A DNA stretch of 64,000 bases from an uncultured bacterium (GTDB lineage Bacteria > Fermentibacterota > Fermentibacteria > Fermentibacterales > JCC-6): NCBI GenBank assembly GCA_964426545.1, contig CAYRQP010000002.1, positions 44,979-108,978 of the forward strand, read 5' to 3'. Position 1 is the stretch's first letter. The number at the start of each line of letters is the position of its first letter. The position numbers were made by a program, and so were the translations under genes. Shown here one piece after another: positions 51,652-61,267 of this stretch. The notes under the pieces are model-generated. The model saw nothing but the letters and a program-made list of their open reading frames with translations, had not been told where the DNA came from and made no database searches.

Positions 51652-52446
51652 CTGATTGTAGGCTCGAAGGGGCAACTTGGCAGAGCATTCATGGAGACAC
51701 TTGGAGAAAATGCTGTGGGTATGGATCTCCCGGAGATCGATATAACAGATATGATGTCTGTGAATAATGCAGTTACTTCTGTTTGTCCGGACTGGATAAT
51801 CAACTGCGCAGCAGTATCAGATGTTGATTTATGTGAACGTGAGCCTGAGCTGGCTTATGCAGTTCATCACAGGGGAGTCGCCAATCTGACGAAGACCGGT
51901 ATCAAAGTTCTGACAGTCTCGACCGATCACCTGTTCGACGGGGGGACAGAGCGAAACACCCCTTATTTCGAAGATGATGTACCTAATCCGGTAAATATCT
52001 ATGCAAAAAGTAAACTGGTAGGGGAGGAAGAAGTTCTTTCTGCCCGAAGTGAGAATATAGTTGTACGAACATCCTGGCTTTTTTCCGGAAGTACCGGACT
52101 TATCCCTTTTCTGTGGAAGAGTTTGAAAATAAAAGGCATGGTCAGGGCTGTTTCTGATCAGGTATCTGCTGTCAGTTACACATATAGTCTGGCAGAACAG
52201 GTACTTGCCGCAATAAGTGATGATGTATCAGGTATATTACATATTACCGGGAATGATGAATTGAATCCGGTGCAGCTTGCGGAACTGATTTCGGAATACA
52301 CGGGCGGGAGAGTAGAGAAAATTCTCTGGAAAACCCTGGCGAAAGATGCCCTTAGGCCAGAGTATTCAGTTCTGTCGAGCAGGCGGGGATATATGCTCCA
52401 GAATGCTGAAAATGCTATTGAGAGATGGAAGGCAGACAATGAATAA
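51652..52446 (+). CDS. rfbD: dTDP-4-dehydrorhamnose reductase (RmlD-like); 5' boundary uncertain, no canonical start codon upstream of the Rossmann motif
   Basis: …LIVGSKGQLGRAF… then …VSTDHLFDG…PNPVNIYAKSKL…VRTSWLF…; first ATG (51691) lies downstream of the GxxGxxG motif; in-frame TGA at 51607-51609. Confidence 0.65.
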   Translation: MIVGSKGQLGRAFMETLGENAVGMDLPEIDITDMMSVNNAVTSVCPDWIINCAAVSDVDLCEREPELAYAVHHRGVANLTKTGIKVLTVSTDHLFDGGTERNTPYFEDDVPNPVNIYAKSKLVGEEEVLSARSENIVVRTSWLFSGSTGLIPFLWKSLKIKGMVRAVSDQVSAVSYTYSLAEQVLAAISDDVSGILHITGNDELNPVQLAELISEYTGGRVEKILWKTLAKDALRPEYSVLSSRRGYMLQNAENAIERWKADNE

Positions 52447-52993
52447 CATAGAGAAATATCTAAATGAAGCGAGAAAAACAGTTACAAACATTGATACGCG
52501 TGATATTGCAGAAGCAGCAAAACTCTGTATCGATTCGATATCTGCAGGTGGGACAGTATTTTTCTGCGGCAACGGTGGCAGTGCAGCGGATGCACAGCAC
52601 TTTGCCGGTGAACTGGTCGCCCGGTTCAGAAAAGAAAGAAAGCCCCTTCCGGCCATAGCACTGAATTCCAATACTTCGATCATAACTGCTGTAGCCAATG
52701 ATTCGGGATTTGAGAGTATCTTCAGTCGCCAATTGGAAGCACTCGCCAAACCCGGAGATGTACTGGTTGCCATATCGACAAGCGGAAACTCACCGAATGT
52801 TTTAGCGGCTGCCCGGTACGCACGAACAATAAACACAATAGTAATATCCATGACCGGAACAGATGGCGGGGCTCTCGTCGAATTTGCCGATGCCGTAATT
52901 AAAGCACCTTCAAAACAGACCAGTCATATACAGGAATATCTCTTGATTGCCGGACACGCCCTGTGCGGTGAAATCGAAAGAAATCTCTGCTAA
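52440..52993 (+). CDS. gmhA: D-sedoheptulose-7-phosphate isomerase (SIS domain)
   Basis: …FFCGNGGSAADAQHFAGEL… and …ISTSGNSPNV… SIS motifs; ATG overlaps rmlD stop (ATGA). Confidence 0.85.
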
Positions 52994-53013
52994 AACCAAC
53001 AAGAAAGCACATA

Positions 53014-54030
53014 TTGAAGAGTAACTCAATCTGGAAACATCTGATAATTGGACTGCTGATTGCAGTAATTGCCCTCTATCTCACTTATAGAAAAACAGAC
53101 ACTGCAGAACTTATGGATACGCTTCAAACGCTGAACTGGATTCCCCTCCTCCTTGTGCTTCCACCACTTGCTTTCAGCTACCTGTTCAGGATACTGAGGT
53201 GGCGGGTGCTTTTGTCGCCCATTGCGAAAGTAAGCAGCAGAAAGGCGACAGGTCCGCTTCTTACGGGATTCATGGTGAATTCGATACTCCCGGGGCGGGT
53301 GGGAGAGATATTAAGGTCAATTCTACTTTCACGAAAAACTGATATTCCGGGCTTTGCATCGTTTGCAACAGTAGTTCTTGCTAGAATATTCGACGGACTC
53401 ACTTTAGGTTTGATGACCCTTGTCGTACTTGTACGATACTGGAATGAATTGAGCCATGGAATTCGCCTGGGATTAGTTAGTGCCATAATCATGTATGTGG
53501 CGGTTCTGCTTGTGCTTATTGCACTTCGAAAGTGGGACAGGAAAGCTGCTTATGTCCTGACAAAGCCGTTTAGGTGGATAAGACTTAAAACCGCTGCCTG
53601 CAAACTGGAAGAGATTTTCATTTCCTTTTCGAAAGGACTGACTGTTCTAAAAGATATGAAGGAAACAGTCACGGTTGTTTTACTGTCCTTATGTGTATGG
53701 GTCTGCCTGTCGCTTTCCGTTCTGCCTGTATTCGAGGTTATGGGTCAGGGAATAAACTGGTATTATCCGCTTCTCGTTCTGATTCTTGCAGGGCTTGGAA
53801 TGTTGATACCCACACCAGCAGGAACGGGAACAGTTCACGGAGCCCTTGTCATAGGACTCCCCGTTCTGGGGCTGAGTATGGATACCGGAGTGTTTGCTCT
53901 GTTGTTTCACACAACGCAGTTCATGCCCATTATTATTGTGGGGCTTGTTGCTGCGGTAATCGAGGGAGTCTCGGCATCTGATGTCAAACGGATAGCGGAA
54001 GATGATTCAAAATTGGGGACGGAGGAGTAG
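53014..54030 (+). CDS. lysylphosphatidylglycerol-synthase-TM-like / flippase-like (UPF0104) membrane protein
   Basis: 338 aa, ~8 TM helices, …NSILPGRVGEILR… motif typical of the family. Confidence 0.65.
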   Translation: MKSNSIWKHLIIGLLIAVIALYLTYRKTDTAELMDTLQTLNWIPLLLVLPPLAFSYLFRILRWRVLLSPIAKVSSRKATGPLLTGFMVNSILPGRVGEILRSILLSRKTDIPGFASFATVVLARIFDGLTLGLMTLVVLVRYWNELSHGIRLGLVSAIIMYVAVLLVLIALRKWDRKAAYVLTKPFRWIRLKTAACKLEEIFISFSKGLTVLKDMKETVTVVLLSLCVWVCLSLSVLPVFEVMGQGINWYYPLLVLILAGLGMLIPTPAGTGTVHGALVIGLPVLGLSMDTGVFALLFHTTQFMPIIIVGLVAAVIEGVSASDVKRIAEDDSKLGTEE

Positions 54031-54060
54031 TTTACGTAAACTACTCCTCCGTCCCCAATT
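54011..54060. terminator. perfect 50-nt palindrome (25-bp stem) overlapping the stop codon of the preceding gene
   Basis: AATTGGGGACGGAGGAGTAGTTTAC|GTAAACTACTCCTCCGTCCCCAATT, followed by AATTTATTAT. Confidence 0.6.
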
Positions 54061-54107
54061 AATTTATTATATTTTCTGGTTCTACAACAACGAACAGAAA
54101 GGTCGTA

Positions 54108-54350
54108 ATGCCCACATACGAATACAAATGTACTAAATGTGGAAATACCTTCGAAGCTCTCCAGAAAATGAATGATGAGCCATTGAAGGAATGCCTCGAA
54201 TGCGGGTCCCCAATCAAAAGGCTTATCGGTTCCGGTTCAGGGATTATTTTCAAGGGCGCCGGGTTTCATGTGAATGACTATGCGGATGACAAATCGGAAA
54301 AGTCACCACCGCCGTGCTGCAGCGGCGGTACCTGTCCGCACGAAGATTAG
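54108..54350 (+). CDS. FmdB-family zinc-ribbon protein (putative regulatory)
   Basis: MPTYEYKCTKCGNTFE…CLECGS… signature N-terminus of FmdB family. Confidence 0.8.
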   Translation: MPTYEYKCTKCGNTFEALQKMNDEPLKECLECGSPIKRLIGSGSGIIFKGAGFHVNDYADDKSEKSPPPCCSGGTCPHED

Positions 54351-54378
54351 AGATGCTGTCGGGTAGGTACGTAAGGTA

Positions 54379-55719
54379 ATGAGGGGTGAAAATATCATAA
54401 GGAAATGTGTTCTGTTGTTCACTCTTGTTCTGCTGATGACTGTCTGTGGCGGCAATGCAGCGGAAGATGGAAAAACACAGGTAATATTCTGGCATGCCAT
54501 GGGCGGCCCGCTTGGAGAGTTTCTTGAAGATTCTCTAATTACGGAATTCAATACACTTCATCCGGATATCGAGATAGTTCACGTCAGCATGGGGAGTTAC
54601 AGGGCTCTCTGCCAGAAAATACTGGCGAGTGTGATGGCGGGTAATCCGCCTGTTCTCGCCCAGGCTTATGAAACATGGACATCCCAGCTTATACGCGGGG
54701 GTGCACTGGTGCCGATTGATTCGCTGATGGAATTAGACACTTCAGGCATCAACGAAAGATGGAGAAATGAGTTTTTCCCGGTCTTCCGTGCAAATAACAC
54801 ATACAACGGTCGGATTTACAGTTTCCCGTTCAACAAAAGTGTCCAGGCGCTTTATTACAATGTCGAACTGATGGACAGTCTCGGATTGGAAGTTCCGAAT
54901 ACCCATGCAGAATACAGGGAAGTCCTGATTGCGCTTACTCATGACGGCAACGATGACGGCGATCTTCATGATGACTGCGACAGATGGGGTACTGCATTCA
55001 ATCCGAGTGTAGGGATGTTCGAAAATCTCCTTCTGCAACGGGGAGGAGCTCTTCTCAATGCAGACAGCACAAAGACAGCGTTCAATTCAACGGAAGGTAT
55101 AGCGGCTCTCCAATATCTGATCGACTTGCTTCATAAAGACGGATGTGCGAGAATTGCATCGGGATATTCTCATCAGAATGATTTTGCCAAGGGTACAGTG
55201 GGCTTTGTGCAGGGCTCTACGGTATCGCTTGCTTTCATGGAGAGTAATTGGAGGCGGCGTGAAGAAAACGGTGATCCCACATTTACACTTGCAATGGCTC
55301 CGCTTCCGGTTGCTGATGTAGAAGCGGTGATAATTGCAGGTACGAATGTAATCATCTTCAAATCAGATCCTGCTGAAATCGAAGCAGGATGGGAGTTCAT
55401 TAAATGGTTTACGGCTCCGCATCAGCAGGCAAGGTGGAGTGCTGCTACGGGATATATCCCCGCAACTCAGAGTTCCTTCGACGATCCGGTGCTGCTGGAA
55501 AGGTTCGAGGATTGTCCGGGTTTCTACGATGCTCTGCGACAGGTAGAATATGCCTGTTTCGAACCGCAGGAGACTTTCTGGTATGACGGAAGGATGTTTC
55601 TTTCCGAAGCCGTCGAAATAGCAATATATGATAGAATGAGTGCTGAAGAAGCTTTACAAAGAGCAGCTGATCTTACAGATGCCGAACTTGCTTCGGAAGC
55701 CGCAAGACACGAGAACTGA
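54379..55719 (+). CDS. extracellular solute-binding protein (family 1 SBP lipoprotein, orphan)
   Basis: Lipobox LMTVCGG; SBP_bac_1-like fold; no permease/ATPase genes adjacent. Confidence 0.7.
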   Translation: MRGENIIRKCVLLFTLVLLMTVCGGNAAEDGKTQVIFWHAMGGPLGEFLEDSLITEFNTLHPDIEIVHVSMGSYRALCQKILASVMAGNPPVLAQAYETWTSQLIRGGALVPIDSLMELDTSGINERWRNEFFPVFRANNTYNGRIYSFPFNKSVQALYYNVELMDSLGLEVPNTHAEYREVLIALTHDGNDDGDLHDDCDRWGTAFNPSVGMFENLLLQRGGALLNADSTKTAFNSTEGIAALQYLIDLLHKDGCARIASGYSHQNDFAKGTVGFVQGSTVSLAFMESNWRRREENGDPTFTLAMAPLPVADVEAVIIAGTNVIIFKSDPAEIEAGWEFIKWFTAPHQQARWSAATGYIPATQSSFDDPVLLERFEDCPGFYDALRQVEYACFEPQETFWYDGRMFLSEAVEIAIYDRMSAEEALQRAADLTDAELASEAARHEN

Positions 55720-55738
55720 TATTATGAAAGGGGCTCAT

Positions 55739-56752
55739 ATGAAATTGTTAATTCCGGTACTTGCAGCATTGTTGCTCACTGGATCAGTATTGGGGGAGAC
55801 CATTACAATCGCCGAGGCGAGAGTCGATGCCAACGGAGATGGAATTCCTGATTTACTCGGTCAGACCGTGACAATAGAGGGAATTGCTACCTGCGACGGG
55901 ACAACCTTTGGCGACATAAGCTGTTACATTCAGGATGAAACTGCCGGAATCAACATTTATGCTTATGACCCTCCTGTATCAGGTCGAATTCTGGCAGGAG
56001 AAAAATACAGATTGACCGGAGAAATAAAACAGTATAACGGTCTTACTGAGATATCTCCGGCATCTGCATCTGATTACACGCTTCTCGGAACCCCGGGAAT
56101 TCCGGACGAATATTACAACATCATGTATCCCAATTATATCATCAACGAAAGTTATGAAGGGGAACTCATGGTGTTCGGCAGTGTATCAGAGAGCCGCTGG
56201 GTAACCGTGGCAAACGAACCGGAATCAGGTGGCGGATGGAACTTCAATGTATGGAATGGAAGCACAGCCATTGCCGTTCATGTGAGTGATGATACAGGCA
56301 TAAGCGTATCGGATATCCATGCGGGTACCAGATTGATCATTACAGGTATCGGCGGACAGTATGATTCAGAACCGCCTTATACTTCAGGATATCAACTGCT
56401 TCCAAGAGAACAGACAGATATAGTGCTGTTCAACCCATCGATTCAGGAGGGATTCCATCTTGAACTGCTAACACCCAATCCCTTTGCTCCGTCAATTGGC
56501 GAGACAATCACAATCGAATACAACGGTACTGACATGAGATTATCACTTACAGTATTCGACAGAGCCGGAAGAGAGATTATTACGCTTGCTGATTCCCGTC
56601 CGGCCGGAGATATGATTATCTGGACCGGTAAAGATGCACGAGATGTAATTTTACCCGCAGGTTCGTACATTCTTCTTCTAGAAGGTGTGGATTCTGAAGG
56701 TAAACGATATACGACGACTGAGACAGTAGTTGTCGCAACCCCCATGAATTGA
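55739..56752 (+). CDS. secreted protein with C-terminal FlgD-Ig-like / T9SS-CTD-like domain
   Basis: Signal peptide MKLLIPVLAALLLTGSVLG; C-terminus …LTPNPFAPSIGETITIEYNGTDMRLSLTVFDRAGREIITLADSRPAGDMIIWTGKDARDVILPAGSYILLLEGVDSEGKRY… ; ATG after GAAAGGGG (track ORF from 55640). Confidence 0.65.
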   Translation: MKLLIPVLAALLLTGSVLGETITIAEARVDANGDGIPDLLGQTVTIEGIATCDGTTFGDISCYIQDETAGINIYAYDPPVSGRILAGEKYRLTGEIKQYNGLTEISPASASDYTLLGTPGIPDEYYNIMYPNYIINESYEGELMVFGSVSESRWVTVANEPESGGGWNFNVWNGSTAIAVHVSDDTGISVSDIHAGTRLIITGIGGQYDSEPPYTSGYQLLPREQTDIVLFNPSIQEGFHLELLTPNPFAPSIGETITIEYNGTDMRLSLTVFDRAGREIITLADSRPAGDMIIWTGKDARDVILPAGSYILLLEGVDSEGKRYTTTETVVVATPMN

Positions 56753-56753
56753 G

Positions 56754-57587
56754 TTGGTAATGAATAAATACGGAATACTGATTACTGCTCTGCTGGCGGT
56801 TCTGCTGTTCACAGGTCAGTCATGGGCAGGATTCGAAGAACTTGAAATTGGTATAGTCTCTCAGGCAATGGGCGGTACAGGAGTTGTGCTTCCCGGACTT
56901 GGAGCGGTGCTTTTCAATCCGGCTTCAGTTGCCGGGAGTACCGGACCGTCTGCCATTATTTCCGGAAGACTGCCGTTCACTAATATGGATTTCGGAACCT
57001 ATGGAGTTGATGGGGCTTTCCCGATCAGCAATATGTGGACTGCAGCGGTAAGTCTGCGCTACTTTGGTGGCGAACTCTATAATGAACAGACAGGTTCAGT
57101 CACCGTTGCCGGAAAACTCACGGAAGATATGTCTTTTGGAATACAGCCTGTTTTCTGCATGGCATCATTCGCCGATGGAGTAAGCAGCTACGGAAGCGGT
57201 TCGGCAATAGCCGTGAATCTTGGATTTCAGGTAGCAATGTATGACAGATGGATGATAGCTGCTTCTCTCAGAAATCCGTTTGAAGCAAGACTTGGTGAAA
57301 GCTCCGAACACCTTCAGAGAAGAATCGATGGAGGTATTCGTTATGAACCTGCTATGGGAATGATATCAGCACTTACGTTCTCGCGGGACTTCAACGGTCT
57401 CCGCATTCATGTCGGACAGGCACTTCCTATCGGGGACGTTACTTTGATGGCAGGAGTGCAGAACAATCCCATGACAGTTTCGGGGGGATTATCCGCATCT
57501 GTATCAGGCATTACATTCCAGTATGCCGTTCAGACTCACCCGCAGCTTTCCCTGTCTCATCAGGCCGGTGTGATCTATGCTTTCTAG
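56754..57587 (+). CDS. small outer-membrane beta-barrel protein (possible PorP/SprF-like partner of upstream gene)
   Basis: Signal peptide …LLFTGQSWA, 277 aa, C-terminal …GVIYAF; starts 2 nt after upstream gene. Confidence 0.55.
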   Translation: MVMNKYGILITALLAVLLFTGQSWAGFEELEIGIVSQAMGGTGVVLPGLGAVLFNPASVAGSTGPSAIISGRLPFTNMDFGTYGVDGAFPISNMWTAAVSLRYFGGELYNEQTGSVTVAGKLTEDMSFGIQPVFCMASFADGVSSYGSGSAIAVNLGFQVAMYDRWMIAASLRNPFEARLGESSEHLQRRIDGGIRYEPAMGMISALTFSRDFNGLRIHVGQALPIGDVTLMAGVQNNPMTVSGGLSASVSGITFQYAVQTHPQLSLSHQAGVIYAF

Positions 57588-60018
57588 TGTAGTCGCTGCC
57601 ATCCTTATAGGGGGTCTTTGCGTACCAGGCGGCTTCGATATAAACACAGCTTCTATAGATGAATTATCGCTGATGGAAGGCATTACAGACGCACAGGCAT
57701 CCGCACTTTACGAGTATATCGTAATTACGGGCGGGCTTGCAAACATCTATGAAGTTCTGGATGTCCCCGGTTTCACAACGACGGAATTGGAATGGCTTCA
57801 GTCGAACTGTGTGGTAGTACCACCGTCTGACGGGAAGATATCTTCACAGGTACTGGAGATCATGGAACAACTGGCGACTGAAGACGGACCCGGTGATGCG
57901 GCAGTGGATGTATGGGAAAACTATCTCATTCGTCCTCTTCCTATAAACTACGCCACATCCTGGGATCTTCGCAATTTGAGCCGAGTCAGCCTCATAGATG
58001 CTGTTGCAGTCGAAAGAAGACTGCGAACAGTGGGACCCGTATCGAGTACCCGTTCACTGCGAAACATAGAGAATATCAGTTATTACGGTTATAGAAACAT
58101 GCGGGACTTTGTTTCAGTCCGTGAACCAGATCTTACCTCTATGGAAGTGTTCGGCAATTACCGTGTAATAGTCGACGGTGGGGGTGGTAGAGACTCTGAT
58201 GAGGATGGTGTTGATGGAATGCTCAGCAACCTGCACTCTTCTCTTGAAGAAATTGCAGAACCGGATTCCACCAACAATTATCCTGCCGCTGTGAGAGATG
58301 AGTGGGAAGAAAGACTTACCTCCGAATATGACCGGCTGCTTGCAGCCCGTGGAGTGACAGGCTGGGAGCATCGACTGAGAGTGGGTTTCGGCGACAGGTT
58401 TGGCGCAGGAGTCAGATTGTCGAGAGGAAGCAACTCCCTCGCAGGTTACGGCTTGTTTGCCGACCTCGACCTTGGTACAGTCAGTGAAGATTTCGATGTC
58501 GCAAAGACATTCGCCACTATAAATTACTTGGGAGCAATAGATAAAATTATTCTGGGAAATTACCATCTTGCCCTGGGGCAGGGGCTCATGATGGATAATG
58601 TCGATGACCTTATCTACCGCTCGACCTATCGAACATGGGGACTTCACCCCGACCTTACGCCTACACGTCAGTTTGCCCTGTTCGGCGGGGCGGCAAAGGT
58701 TACCGTCGGTCCATTTCTTGGATACGGTTTCTTTTCGTATGCGGAAAGAGATGCATTCACTTCCATCGATGGAACTCCGAATGTTCTCACGATGTCATCC
58801 CTCCGGACTTCCGAATATGCCGATGTTCTTACCGAGACAACTTACGGTGGGTACGGCTTCTTCGACCTCGGAGGTTTCCTACCCATAGGCACAGCAATTG
58901 GCATTGGAGCAATGAACATTGCATGGAGTGATTCATTGATACCTGATGCAGAAGAAATAGATATTCCCGATGACGCATCACCCTGGGACTGCCCTGAGTA
59001 TGATGCTCTACCGACAGGCAACACGAGGAGTTTTGTATCGGCATCGGCACAGACGGTCTATGACAACATGAGCATAGAGGGTGAAATAGTTCGTCAGGAC
59101 AATGGTGCCTTTGCTGGACTTGCACGAGCAAAGTGGCAGAACGACTATTTTTATCTATTAGGCATCTATCGCAGGTATGACCTTGGATACTCCAACCCCT
59201 ACAACAGGGGATTTGCCGAGCAGATAAGATATGACGATACAGTGTTTGAAAAACCGTATTATCTATTTGACCCGATGTATTCACAGCTTGCCGAATGGCC
59301 GACACCAAAACCTGAAGAAGGCATCTATCTCGAAAGCAGATTTCAATTGAGCAAGGAAGTCACGATTACAAAAGTGTACCTCGATTTGTGGCGTTCCCTG
59401 GGATATGACTTCAATAACTACAGATTTCAGGGAGAAGTGGAATACAGACCGGATTTTCCGGTTAGGTTTAGGTTGAAATACAAATACCAGGCTAAGACAA
59501 AGATGCACGAAGTTATTCCCACAACTTCAAGGACTTCGGAATTCACATTCAGATCATTTTTCCTTGCATCTGCAAGTGATTATTTCGATGTTACACTTCG
59601 ATATGGAATGGTCAACCTGACACCCAATCCCCGCTACGGAGACGACCGCCTTATGGCTGGCGGATTCATCTCGATGAAATGGGAGCATAATTTCACAGAT
59701 GCTCTTTCCGTTCTCGGCGGTTCGACACTCTGGACGACCGACGGGATGAGTCAGTGGGAGTTCGAAGATACCGGAATAGATTTTCTCGATGGTGACGGGA
59801 CAAAATTCTACATGACCATCAGGAACAATCTTTCCGACAATTTACAGTTACGCTTTAAAGTGTTAAGAAAAGACACATTCTACCCGCGGACAGACCTGTA
59901 CAGGCCAGACCCTGATTATCATTATCAGGGTGACCCCGATGGCTGGATGCGGATGGAGGATTTTACCGACCATGTTACCAGTTACGGCATCCGCTGTCAG
60001 CTGGATTTCCGCTGGTAA
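57577..60018 (+). CDS. large outer-membrane protein with N-terminal ComEA-like helix-hairpin-helix motifs
   Basis: 813 aa; after signal peptide: GFDINTASIDELSLMEGITDAQASALYEY (ComEA-type HhH) and a second HhH-like segment; long C-terminal beta-rich region ending …QLDFRW. Confidence 0.55.
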   Translation: MLSSVVAAILIGGLCVPGGFDINTASIDELSLMEGITDAQASALYEYIVITGGLANIYEVLDVPGFTTTELEWLQSNCVVVPPSDGKISSQVLEIMEQLATEDGPGDAAVDVWENYLIRPLPINYATSWDLRNLSRVSLIDAVAVERRLRTVGPVSSTRSLRNIENISYYGYRNMRDFVSVREPDLTSMEVFGNYRVIVDGGGGRDSDEDGVDGMLSNLHSSLEEIAEPDSTNNYPAAVRDEWEERLTSEYDRLLAARGVTGWEHRLRVGFGDRFGAGVRLSRGSNSLAGYGLFADLDLGTVSEDFDVAKTFATINYLGAIDKIILGNYHLALGQGLMMDNVDDLIYRSTYRTWGLHPDLTPTRQFALFGGAAKVTVGPFLGYGFFSYAERDAFTSIDGTPNVLTMSSLRTSEYADVLTETTYGGYGFFDLGGFLPIGTAIGIGAMNIAWSDSLIPDAEEIDIPDDASPWDCPEYDALPTGNTRSFVSASAQTVYDNMSIEGEIVRQDNGAFAGLARAKWQNDYFYLLGIYRRYDLGYSNPYNRGFAEQIRYDDTVFEKPYYLFDPMYSQLAEWPTPKPEEGIYLESRFQLSKEVTITKVYLDLWRSLGYDFNNYRFQGEVEYRPDFPVRFRLKYKYQAKTKMHEVIPTTSRTSEFTFRSFFLASASDYFDVTLRYGMVNLTPNPRYGDDRLMAGGFISMKWEHNFTDALSVLGGSTLWTTDGMSQWEFEDTGIDFLDGDGTKFYMTIRNNLSDNLQLRFKVLRKDTFYPRTDLYRPDPDYHYQGDPDGWMRMEDFTDHVTSYGIRCQLDFRW

Positions 60019-60028
60019 GGGAGGAAAT

Positions 60029-61258
60029 ATGAATATTATTGCAGCAGGATTGATATCCTTGATGGCACTGACGGGAAGCCTTCCCGACGTCATGTGGCAG
60101 GGAGATGCGAATACATCTTCGGCATGGGCTTTGGGTATGGGGAATGCAGGATTCCTGGAAGTATCCCCTATCGGCGGGCTCCAGAATCCGGCGTTGCTGG
60201 CTTTATCCGGCGGAGGGCTTGGTGTGGAATTGTCCGGGGGTGTCGATCTCGCCATAGAGAAACGGACATTGTTAATCTATGATACATTTGGAAGTTCTAT
60301 AGGAGAATCAGAGTATTCCTATAATCAGGGTTTTCAGTTTCTCCCGGGCGGAGCCGGAATTTCTTACTGTGGCGGTTCCCTCCCGCAAGCCGTGTCTATC
60401 GGTTTCGGGTGGGTTATTCCTCATACTTATCAGTATTCTTACAATAGAATAATTCGTGATGATAACTATGTTCAGACAGGTGATGAAAAACTGACCATAA
60501 CAGGAATGGAGAACGAGTTCGCGGTTGCATTCTCTATTGCTCCCGTAGAATTCCTGTCAATCGGACTGGGCGGTGGATATATACTTGGCAGCAGGGATGT
60601 CAAATGGGAAGTGACACGTGTTGCCTTTAACGATTCCGATACGGTCATGCAACGAACTCTCGATATATCAGGAGCAACTGCACGGGCCTCCTTCCTGTTT
60701 ATTCCATCTAACAGAGTTTTCATAACCGGAGTTGTGGAATACCCGATAATGCGTTCTTTCTCACCCGAAACAACAGGGGATTCTGTTTCCTGGAATGTGC
60801 TGAGTGATACTACCGATTACGACCTCGACCTTCCAATGGTTTGTAAACTGGGCGCTGTTTATCTCCCGGGGAATAACCTGCAGTCGAAATTCGTGCTTGG
60901 TCTGCTCTGGAGTAATGATGGGAGTATGGAATATGCAGAAGAAAGTCTGAATCTTCATAATGCATGGGGAGTCAGGGTCGGTGTTGAAAACACACTTCCG
61001 GGCGGTCCGACAGCACGGTTTGGCTTCAGTTATGACCGCTCATCCATTGCATCTTCACTCGACGGTATGGCGTTTACCGGCGGAATGGCATTTAGAGCAG
61101 GAGATTATGCTCTCGATATGGGGATTTCATTTTCTCCCAACAGATGGCGGCAGACTGATGTCTCCGCACTTCCTTCCTTTGTTGCTGGAGATTCACTGAC
61201 GGTCGAAGGTTCCAATACAAAGCTGATGTTCAGTATCAGCAAAACATTTGCATTATAG
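60029..61258 (+). CDS. outer-membrane beta-barrel protein (FadL/PorV-like size, uncharacterized)
   Basis: Signal peptide MNIIAAGLISLMALTGS; 409 aa; ATG after AAGGGAGGAAAT (track ORF from 59930). Confidence 0.5.
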   Translation: MNIIAAGLISLMALTGSLPDVMWQGDANTSSAWALGMGNAGFLEVSPIGGLQNPALLALSGGGLGVELSGGVDLAIEKRTLLIYDTFGSSIGESEYSYNQGFQFLPGGAGISYCGGSLPQAVSIGFGWVIPHTYQYSYNRIIRDDNYVQTGDEKLTITGMENEFAVAFSIAPVEFLSIGLGGGYILGSRDVKWEVTRVAFNDSDTVMQRTLDISGATARASFLFIPSNRVFITGVVEYPIMRSFSPETTGDSVSWNVLSDTTDYDLDLPMVCKLGAVYLPGNNLQSKFVLGLLWSNDGSMEYAEESLNLHNAWGVRVGVENTLPGGPTARFGFSYDRSSIASSLDGMAFTGGMAFRAGDYALDMGISFSPNRWRQTDVSALPSFVAGDSLTVEGSNTKLMFSISKTFAL

Positions 61259-61267
61259 GAGGTAGGC

